A stretch of 64,000 nt of DNA from positions 45,790 to 109,789 of the forward strand of contig JAFTMG010000006.1 of assembly GCA_017452525.1 (NCBI GenBank). Direction: 5' to 3'. The notes under the pieces were generated by a model. The model was given only the letters and a program-made list of their open reading frames with translations. It was not told the DNA's origin and made no database searches. The position numbers and the translations under genes are program-made. Positions 7,567-15,216 of this stretch are shown here, piece after piece (positions within the stretch are counted from its first letter, which is position 1; the number at the start of each line of letters is the position of its first letter). This DNA comes from Clostridia bacterium (GTDB lineage Bacteria > Bacillota > Clostridia > Oscillospirales > CAG-272).

Positions 7567-9126
7567 ATGAATGGACAAACCATCCAAATTCTGATCGCAA
7601 TGGTCATTTATATGGCGATCGTTGTGTTCATTGGCATCGTTTTTGCCAAGCAAGCAAACAAAAATTCCGAAAACTATTTTCTCGGTGGCAGATCGCTCGG
7701 TCCTTGGGTCACCGCGATGAGCGCCGAGGCATCCGACATGAGCGGTTGGCTTCTCATGGGTCTGCCCGGAGTTGCATATTGGTGCGGTCTGGCTGACGCC
7801 GCATGGACAGCCATCGGTCTCGCGATCGGTACATATTTCAACTGGCTGATCGTATCCAAGCGTCTGCGCAGATACAGCGTCAGAGCCAATAACGCAATCA
7901 CGCTGCCCGAGTTCTTCTCCAACCGATTCCGCGAAAAGAACAAAGTGGTAATGACGCTTTCGGCCGGATTTATCTTGATCTTCTTCACCGTCTATGCGGC
8001 AAGCTGCTTTGTCACCTGCGGTAAGCTCTTCTCCACCCTGTTTGGCGCCCCCTATATTGCAATGATGCTGGTCGGCGCGGTCTTCGTTCTGATCTACACG
8101 CTGCTCGGCGGATTTCTCGCAGAAAGCGCTTCTGATTTTATGCAGGGTATCGTCATGATCGTTGCTCTGGCAGTAATTGTTATCATCAGTACCGTTCAGG
8201 CGGGTGGCATCGGTACCGTCATGGAAAATGCACGTGAGATCCCCGGATTTTTGGAGTTCTTCGGTCTTGCTACCCCCGCAGTCAATGAGGCAGGCGAGCA
8301 GATCGTCGCATTCGGAACGCCTGTTTTTGCTGAACCCTCCAAATACGGTCTTTTGAAGATCTGCTCCATGATGGCGTGGGGACTTGGTTACTTCGGCATG
8401 CCTCAGGTCCTGCTTCGCTTCATGGCGATCCGTCAGGAGGACGAGCTGAAGCGCTCTCGCCGCATTGCCATGATCTGGGTCGTGATCTCTCTTACCGTTG
8501 CCGTATTCATCGGCATCGTTGGCAGACAGCTCTATCCCACCGCACATCTGACCGCTTCTGCCGCAGAAAATATCTTCATCACGCTGGCAACCTCCTCCCT
8601 GCCCGCCATTCTCGCGGGATTTGTAATGGCAGGTATCCTTGCCGCCACCATCAGTTCCTCTGATTCTTATCTGCTGATCGCCGCGTCCGCTCTGGCAAAG
8701 AACGTATATCAAGGCGTGGTGAAGAAAAACGCCACCGATAAGCAGGTCATGCTCGTATCCCGCATCACGTTGCTTGTAATCGCGCTGATCGCCATTTTGA
8801 TCGCGCTGGATGAGCAAAGCATTATCTTTAAGGTAGTATCCTTCGCATGGGCAGGATTTGGCGCAACCTTCGGGCCCTTGATGATCTTCTCTCTCTTCTG
8901 GAAGCGTACCACCCGCGCAGGCGCCATTGCCGGCATGATCAGCGGTGCGGGTATGGTCTTCCTTTGGAAGCTGGTGATCAGCAAGCTGGGCGGCATTTTC
9001 GCCATCTACGAGCTGCTTCCCGCATTTATCGTCTCTGCCATCTTCATCGCAGTCGTATCTCTTCTCACAACACCTCCCTCCAAGGAGATCGAAGAGGATT
9101 TCGAAGCCGTCAAAAACGCGCAGTAA
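7567..9126 (+). CDS. putP: sodium:solute symporter, sodium/proline symporter-like
   Basis: SSF-family membrane protein of 519 aa. The N-terminal region (GGRSLGPWVTAMSAEASDMSGWLLMGLPG) resembles PutP. Confidence 0.8.
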   Translation: MNGQTIQILIAMVIYMAIVVFIGIVFAKQANKNSENYFLGGRSLGPWVTAMSAEASDMSGWLLMGLPGVAYWCGLADAAWTAIGLAIGTYFNWLIVSKRLRRYSVRANNAITLPEFFSNRFREKNKVVMTLSAGFILIFFTVYAASCFVTCGKLFSTLFGAPYIAMMLVGAVFVLIYTLLGGFLAESASDFMQGIVMIVALAVIVIISTVQAGGIGTVMENAREIPGFLEFFGLATPAVNEAGEQIVAFGTPVFAEPSKYGLLKICSMMAWGLGYFGMPQVLLRFMAIRQEDELKRSRRIAMIWVVISLTVAVFIGIVGRQLYPTAHLTASAAENIFITLATSSLPAILAGFVMAGILAATISSSDSYLLIAASALAKNVYQGVVKKNATDKQVMLVSRITLLVIALIAILIALDEQSIIFKVVSFAWAGFGATFGPLMIFSLFWKRTTRAGAIAGMISGAGMVFLWKLVISKLGGIFAIYELLPAFIVSAIFIAVVSLLTTPPSKEIEEDFEAVKNAQ

Positions 9127-9189
9127 CGGATTGACACCCGACGCCCCAATTCCTGTTACGTCCCAATTTCAATCAAGGGAGAATACGCT

Positions 9190-10329
9190 ATGAATTTCAA
9201 GCCGTTGGAAAATCATCTCAAGCAGTTTGCCGATCAGCATCCGGACATTCCGGGATTCGACGTTCTCATTCAGAAAAATCACCGCCCCGTGTTCCGTATG
9301 CAATACGGCTACGCTAATCCGGAAACGAAAGCACCGGTTGCAGGCAATGAGCTTTACTGCTTGTATTCCTGCTCCAAGCCGATCACCGTTACCGCCGCCA
9401 TGAGGCTGGTAGAATCCGGGAAATTAGACCTTGACGCACCTGCAAGCCGCTACTTACCTTTTCTTGATGATGTTTTTCTGCGGAAGGATGGAGACAACCA
9501 AACCTTACCGAAGGAACTCAAAATACGGCATCTGTTCACTATGTCGGCAGGCTTCACCTACAATATGAATACCGAACCGATCCGACAGTTGATGGCAAAC
9601 GGCGAGGGACGGATCCCGACCACGGAATTCGCGCGAGCCGTTGCCGCCTCTCCCCTTGCCTTTGCTCCCGGAGAACGCTACGAATACAGCCTTTGTCTGG
9701 ATGTTTTGGGCGGCGTTGTTGAAGCCGTTGCCGATATGCCGTTCGGTGAATACCTCACCAAAAACATTTTCGCACCACTCGGTATGTCCCGCACGGGATT
9801 TTTCACGACCCTTTCCTCTGCCGAAAAACCTGCCCCACTCTATATTTACGAGGCATCTACCGGCAAAACGAGACGAAAAAACAACATCTACGAATTCGGT
9901 TTGCATCCCCGTTTGGAAAGCGGTGGAGCGGGCTTGCTATCCACCGTAGATGATTATGCCAAGTTTGCCGCCACCATGGCGCACAACGGCCTTTCGGCAG
10001 ACGGATATCGCCTGCTGAAGGAGGAAACGATCCAAATGATGCAGACGGAGCAGTTGAGCCGACTGGTCTCAAATCCTACATTCAGCTGCGCCGCAGGTCC
10101 GGGATACGGTTACGGTCTCGGCGTCCGCACGCTGATCACGAAAGAAGGCGGTCAGCGCAGTCCGCTCGGTGAATTCGGTTGGGACGGTGCGGCAGGCTCC
10201 TACGTCATGATCGACAACCAAAACGATCTTTCCATTTTCTATGCCACCCATCTTCGCGGTTGGCATACCCGTTTCGGCGCACTCCACGCCCCCATTCGGG
10301 ATCTGACCTACCAATGTCTTGGAATCTGA
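9190..10329 (+). CDS. serine hydrolase, beta-lactamase/PBP-like family
   Basis: SxxK motif (SCSK). About 380 aa. AAGGGAG RBS. Confidence 0.7.
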   Translation: MNFKPLENHLKQFADQHPDIPGFDVLIQKNHRPVFRMQYGYANPETKAPVAGNELYCLYSCSKPITVTAAMRLVESGKLDLDAPASRYLPFLDDVFLRKDGDNQTLPKELKIRHLFTMSAGFTYNMNTEPIRQLMANGEGRIPTTEFARAVAASPLAFAPGERYEYSLCLDVLGGVVEAVADMPFGEYLTKNIFAPLGMSRTGFFTTLSSAEKPAPLYIYEASTGKTRRKNNIYEFGLHPRLESGGAGLLSTVDDYAKFAATMAHNGLSADGYRLLKEETIQMMQTEQLSRLVSNPTFSCAAGPGYGYGLGVRTLITKEGGQRSPLGEFGWDGAAGSYVMIDNQNDLSIFYATHLRGWHTRFGALHAPIRDLTYQCLGI

Positions 10330-10333
10330 AATC

Positions 10334-10370
10334 AAAAAACACGCCGATCGCATTCGGCGTGTTTTTTGAT
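10334..10370 (+). terminator. bidirectional intrinsic terminator
   Basis: AACACGCCG ... CGGCGTGTT flanked by an A-tract and a T-tract. Confidence 0.75.
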
Positions 10371-10382
10371 TTTTACAACATA

Positions 10383-11180
10383 TCATGCCTGTCCCATCAA
10401 GGACACGAAATGCGACAAGGCGAGCTCCATCTCGGGCAGCTCGGGATGCCACTTTTTCTCCCATTCCAAGGAAAAACAACCTTCAAAACCATCCTCCGCA
10501 AGTGCACGGACGATCGGCAGGATCGGCAGATCCCCTTCTCCGGGTAGAACCAGTGCTGTGCTTTCAAAGGAATAGTCCTTGATATGGATATGGCGGATAT
10601 ACTTACGGAAGGTCTGATAAAAAACATCCCAACCGTTGCCGTAGCTCTTGGTGTGAGCAATATCCCAGATCAGTCCGAAACGGTCGTGGTCAGCCAGCGC
10701 CTCTACTACGGGAAGCAAGGTCTCCACACGGTTATAGTCGCCGTGAACCTCCAACAGGACGGTTACCGAGGTGCCTGTGGCGGCATCACAGAGCGTGCGA
10801 ATACCTTCCGAAACGCGGGCGATACAGGCTTGGCGTTCATCCTCTCCCGATCCAATCAGCTTGTTACCAAAGACCCGAATATAGGGGATACCGAATTTCT
10901 TTGCAATCTCAATGCTCTCCCGTCCCTCCCGAAGCGCGTCTTCGTATTTGGCGGGATCGTGGAAAGCACAGGAGGTGCCAAGCACCCGAGGGACAACTCC
11001 GTATTTGAGGAACAGTGCATCGGTCTCTGCCTTCTTGGAAAATACTTCGATCTTTCCGAGGTCCATCTCTCCGCCGATACCACGAATCTCTAAAAAGGAG
11101 ATATTATATTGCTGAGCAAGACTCAGAATCTCTTCAAGTGAGCGGTCGGTACATCCTAAAGTAGAAAAACACAAATTCAT
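10383..11180 (-). CDS. sugar phosphate isomerase/epimerase (xylose-isomerase-like TIM barrel)
   Basis: 265 aa, family-typical N-terminus. AAAGGAG RBS. Confidence 0.75.
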   Translation of the reverse strand: MNLCFSTLGCTDRSLEEILSLAQQYNISFLEIRGIGGEMDLGKIEVFSKKAETDALFLKYGVVPRVLGTSCAFHDPAKYEDALREGRESIEIAKKFGIPYIRVFGNKLIGSGEDERQACIARVSEGIRTLCDAATGTSVTVLLEVHGDYNRVETLLPVVEALADHDRFGLIWDIAHTKSYGNGWDVFYQTFRKYIRHIHIKDYSFESTALVLPGEGDLPILPIVRALAEDGFEGCFSLEWEKKWHPELPEMELALSHFVSLMGQA

Positions 11181-11593
11181 ATAGGAACACTCCTTTGATG
11201 ATCGTTGTTTTTATCATATCACGCTACGGCGATTCTGTCAACAAAAAAACGCAGAAACCACATATCGGGCGTGATATTTTCCCTGACCTGAAGCTCCTTG
11301 CGTGTCATTGCCTTGCAGCACACACCTACACATTCCTCTGTCAACACTATTTCTTTCGTCTTCAGTACATTGTTCTCATCGATCTCAAATAAAGCCAAAA
11401 TGTTCTGTATCAAGCAATCCGGACTTTGAACTTGATCCGGAATATTTTGACCCCATTTACTTCCCCCAAATGCAGTTTCATAGCCTCCTCACCGGCATGA
11501 ATGATCACCAAGAGGGGGAGCCACTACTTTAGAAAGAGTTTTTACCGGAAGTCTATGCTGACAATGTTTTTGTCATAAAATTTTGCAAAAAAA

Positions 11594-11622
11594 CTTGCCA
11601 GAAGAGATCAAATCATGTATAA
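11594..11622 (+). promoter_or_regulatory. promoter of the deacetylase-ROK-SIS-phosphoesterase operon
   Basis: TTGCCA, 17-nt spacer, TATAAT. It lies inside the over-extended ORF 11583, so the CDS start was moved to 11664. Confidence 0.6.
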
Positions 11623-11663
11623 TAGAAAATACAAAATATCTATCCGAAAGGCAGCTATGTATT

Positions 11664-12518
11664 ATGAACAACAGTATCTTTATGCGCTTTCCCGGTGGTC
11701 TTTCCAAGGCTTTAACCCTCAGCTATGATGACGCGGTCGAGCAGGACTTCCGTCTGATCGACATCATGACAGCCCATGGATTGAAGGGCACCTTCAATAT
11801 CAGCACCGCCCAATATATTCCCGAAGGCTTTACCTACGAGCCCGAAAAAAAATGGGGGCAACGCATGACCAAAGAGCGTGCTACCGAGCTTTACTCCAGA
11901 GATGGCATTGAGGCCGCGCTACACGCCAATACCCATCCCCGTTTGCAAACAATGCCCCTACCTCAGATCGCTTACGAAATCATCAAAAACAGAGAAACAC
12001 TGGAAGAGCAGTTCGGTGGGATCGTTCGCGGCATGGCATATCCCTACGGTACCTATTCCGATGAAGTCGTGCGTATCCTGCGTGACTGCGGTATTGTCTA
12101 TGCCAGAACGACAAAGGCGACCCGTTCCTTCGACCTTCCCCAAGATTGGCTCCTCCTGCATCCTACCTGCCATCATTCTGATCCTCAGTTGGGTGAGTTG
12201 ACCCAAAGATTCATCGAGAAAGCCCCCCATGCCGACCAGCAGCCGTGGATGTTCTACGTTTGGGGACATGCTTATGAATTCGTTCGCGATGACAATTGGC
12301 ACATCATCGAGGACTTCGCAGAGCAGATCTGCGGTAAGGAAGACGTCTGGTATGCCACCAATATTGAGATCTGGGAATACACCGAAAACTTCAAGCGCCT
12401 CGTCTTCTCGTTGGATGAAAAATACGTATACAATCCCACCTCCCAGACCATGTACTTCCTGCTCAACAACAAGCTTCACGTTGTCAATCCGGGCGAAACC
12501 GTCCGCACCGCGGTATAA
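11664..12518 (+). CDS. polysaccharide deacetylase (CE4 family)
   Basis: Start MNNSIFMRFPGG. CE4-like LSYDD and HTHPR motifs. Confidence 0.75.
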   Translation: MNNSIFMRFPGGLSKALTLSYDDAVEQDFRLIDIMTAHGLKGTFNISTAQYIPEGFTYEPEKKWGQRMTKERATELYSRDGIEAALHANTHPRLQTMPLPQIAYEIIKNRETLEEQFGGIVRGMAYPYGTYSDEVVRILRDCGIVYARTTKATRSFDLPQDWLLLHPTCHHSDPQLGELTQRFIEKAPHADQQPWMFYVWGHAYEFVRDDNWHIIEDFAEQICGKEDVWYATNIEIWEYTENFKRLVFSLDEKYVYNPTSQTMYFLLNNKLHVVNPGETVRTAV

Positions 12519-12529
12519 AAGACCCGCAG

Positions 12530-13459
12530 ATGTATATCGGTATTGATATCGGCGGCACCAAATGTGCGGTCGTACGTGCAGATGATCACGGGAAAAAGCT
12601 TTCCCGAATAGAATTTCCAACGACAGACTGCGATTCTACGCTGGATAAGATTATGGAGGCGGTCGAAGTCTCGCTTCCATGCCGTGCCATCGGCATCAGC
12701 TGCGGAGGACCGTTGGATGAGGAAAACGGGATCATCCTTTCCCCGCCCAATCTCCCCGGATGGGATGAGGTCCACATCACCCAGATGATGGCGGCTCGTT
12801 TTGGCGTGCCTGCATATCTTTGCAACGATGCCAACGCCTGCGCGCTGGCGGAGTGGAAGTTTGGCGCGGGAAGAGGCACTCGGAATATGATCTTTCTCAC
12901 CTGCGGCACCGGCATGGGAGGCGGTCTGATCCTGAACGGAAAGCTCTATAGCGGTACAAACGGAAACGCTGGCGAGGTCGGACATATGAGGCTTGCCGAT
13001 TTCGGTCCCGTAGGCTACGGCAAAGTCGGCTCCTTTGAGGGCTTCTGCAGCGGAGGAGGCATCAGGCAGCTGGGACAAACGATGGCAAGAGAAGCCCTGC
13101 AGCGCGGTCAAGCCACCTCTTTCTGTCACTCGTATGAGGACATGGAAAAGATCACAGCCAAATCGCTTGCGTTTGCCGCAGATGAGGGCGATGAGGTTGC
13201 CCTGCGCGTCTGGGAGATCGTAGCCGAGCGGCTCGGCATGGGCATCTCTTTGCTGATAGACCTGCTCAACCCCGAGGCGGTTGTGATCGGCAGTATCTTC
13301 GAGCGTTCGGAGCATCTGCTTCGCGCGGGCGTCGAGCGGGTGATCTCACGCGAGGCGCTACCCCAATCCGCCCGTGTTTGCCGCATTCTTCCCGCGGCGT
13401 TGGGCGATGAGATCGGCGATTACGCCGCCATTGCCGTGGCAATGAAGGAGATAAATTGA
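12530..13459 (+). CDS. ROK family sugar kinase
   Basis: N-terminus MYIGIDIGGTK. Cys-rich zinc motif CSGGG of ROK kinases. Confidence 0.8.
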   Translation: MYIGIDIGGTKCAVVRADDHGKKLSRIEFPTTDCDSTLDKIMEAVEVSLPCRAIGISCGGPLDEENGIILSPPNLPGWDEVHITQMMAARFGVPAYLCNDANACALAEWKFGAGRGTRNMIFLTCGTGMGGGLILNGKLYSGTNGNAGEVGHMRLADFGPVGYGKVGSFEGFCSGGGIRQLGQTMAREALQRGQATSFCHSYEDMEKITAKSLAFAADEGDEVALRVWEIVAERLGMGISLLIDLLNPEAVVIGSIFERSEHLLRAGVERVISREALPQSARVCRILPAALGDEIGDYAAIAVAMKEIN

Positions 13460-13460
13460 C

Positions 13461-14075
13461 ATGAAACATGTAGATATTTTATTGGAGCATTATCCTCAGC
13501 TGCAATGCTGCGCAGAGGAGATCACACAGGCGATCGATGCCATCGTCGATATGGCGGCAAACGGTGCCAAATTGCTTCTCTGCGGAAACGGAGGAAGCGC
13601 CGCCGACTGCTCGCATATCGCGGGGGAACTGTTGAAGGGCTTTTTGCTGAAACGCCCCATCACGGATGCTGACCGCGCCCTTCTTTCGGAGCTTCCCCAC
13701 CGCGAGGCTCTTCAGCGCGGGATCTGCGCCATTTCCCTGCCCGATCAGGGCGCGGTACTGAGCGCCTACGCCAACGACGAGGTTCCCGATATGGTTTATG
13801 CTCAGCTGGTCTACGCTATGCAAGGAGAGGGCGACGTATTCCTCGGTCTTTCCACCTCCGGAAACTCCAAAAACGTTGTCCTTGCGGCACAGTGCGCCAA
13901 AGGTTTGGGGCTGAAGACCATCGCCATGACGGGCGAGAGCGGCGGCAAGCTTGCCGACATCTGCGACATCGTCATCCGTGTTCCGGCTACCGAGACCTAT
14001 ATGGTGCAAGAATACCACCTGCCCGTATACCACGCCATCTGCGCACAGGTGGAAGAAACCTTGTTTGGCGAATAA
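13461..14075 (+). CDS. SIS-domain phosphoheptose isomerase (GmhA/DiaA-like)
   Basis: LCGNGGSAADCSHIAGEL and LGLSTSGNS closely match GmhA motifs. Confidence 0.75.
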   Translation: MKHVDILLEHYPQLQCCAEEITQAIDAIVDMAANGAKLLLCGNGGSAADCSHIAGELLKGFLLKRPITDADRALLSELPHREALQRGICAISLPDQGAVLSAYANDEVPDMVYAQLVYAMQGEGDVFLGLSTSGNSKNVVLAAQCAKGLGLKTIAMTGESGGKLADICDIVIRVPATETYMVQEYHLPVYHAICAQVEETLFGE

Positions 14076-14110
14076 ATCAATTCACGACATTGATTCAAAT
14101 GGAGAGTTCT

Positions 14111-15079
14111 ATGAAACACACACTCAGATTCAACCGAGACGGGAAATTCCGTATCCTGATGATCTCGGATATTCAGGAAGCGTTGGAGATCGATCCACGC
14201 ACCGTTCCCGGCATACGCGCTATGATTGCCAAAACCACCCCGGATCTGATCATTTGGGGCGGTGACAACTGCGACGGCAGATACCTCAAGACCCGCGAGG
14301 AGCTGGACCGTTATCTGAAGATCATGACCGAGCCGATGGAGGAAAAGCAGATCCCTTGGATGCACGTTTACGGAAACCACGACTACGACGTGGATGTCCC
14401 CGCCTCCGAGCAGCACGACATGTATCAGTCGTATCCCCATTGCATATCGGGACGTTCCCCCGAGGGCGTGCCCGGTGTCTCTAACTATATGATCCCGATC
14501 CTGGCGCACGATTCCGACCGTGTCGCTTATTGCGTCTACGCTTTTGACACCATGCATAAAAATCCAGAGCTTCGCCCCGGTGTCACCACCGATGATCTGC
14601 TCATCCCCAATCGCCCCAAATGCTTCCGCAAATGGGATATTGTCCGCTTTGAGCAGCTGATGTGGTATTGGAACACCTCCAAGCAGCTGGAGGAGCAGGA
14701 GGGACATCTTGTCCACGCATTGGCGGTGATGCACGTGCCACCCCATGAAATGTATATGTGCATCGATAATCCCGAGATCACCAAATTCAAGGGCATTCAC
14801 GATGAGAGTTTTCAATGCGGCGTGCTGAATCCCGGTCTCTTTGCCACCGTGATGGAGCGCGGTGACGTAGACATCATTGCAGCGGGACATTTGCACAGAG
14901 ATACCTTTGAGGTCGAGTACGGTGGGATCCGCATGTGCCTTGATGGCTGCGGCGGCTTCAGTCCCAAGAGCCACGACGACAGGCGCGGCGGCAGAGTTTT
15001 TGATATCAACGAGGATGGCAGCTTCGATACCTATTTCCTCGCGGTCAAGGATCTGATGGATATTACCAAGCCGGAATAA
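14111..15079 (+). CDS. calcineurin-like metallophosphoesterase
   Basis: GGDNCDGRY and GNHDYD metal-binding motifs. Start at MKHTLRF with a GGAG RBS. The longer ORF 13892 overlaps gmhA and was rejected. Confidence 0.75.
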   Translation: MKHTLRFNRDGKFRILMISDIQEALEIDPRTVPGIRAMIAKTTPDLIIWGGDNCDGRYLKTREELDRYLKIMTEPMEEKQIPWMHVYGNHDYDVDVPASEQHDMYQSYPHCISGRSPEGVPGVSNYMIPILAHDSDRVAYCVYAFDTMHKNPELRPGVTTDDLLIPNRPKCFRKWDIVRFEQLMWYWNTSKQLEEQEGHLVHALAVMHVPPHEMYMCIDNPEITKFKGIHDESFQCGVLNPGLFATVMERGDVDIIAAGHLHRDTFEVEYGGIRMCLDGCGGFSPKSHDDRRGGRVFDINEDGSFDTYFLAVKDLMDITKPE

Positions 15080-15093
15080 ACTCACATTTTTCA

Positions 15094-15122
15094 AAAAGTG
15101 CTGTTTCAACAGCACTTTTTTG
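15094..15122 (+). terminator. intrinsic terminator
   Basis: AAAGTGCTGTT-tcaa-CAGCACTTT followed by TTTTGAATTTTT. Confidence 0.75.
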
Positions 15123-15216
15123 AATTTTTGCAGAAAACTTCCAACCTTTTTCCGCTTTTTCTTGTCTATAAGGCAGTAGCTACTGAACGAAACCCAAACG
15201 AAAACGGAGGATGAGA

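Noticed and set aside
13892-15079. 395-aa extended ORF for the metallophosphoesterase, and similarly 36225 for potA, 49291 for the M13 peptidase, 21165 for the amidase and 11583 for the deacetylase.
   Set aside because: The extensions overlap the upstream gene or the mapped promoter and lack RBSs. Internal ATGs with good Shine-Dalgarno sequences give family-typical N-termini.
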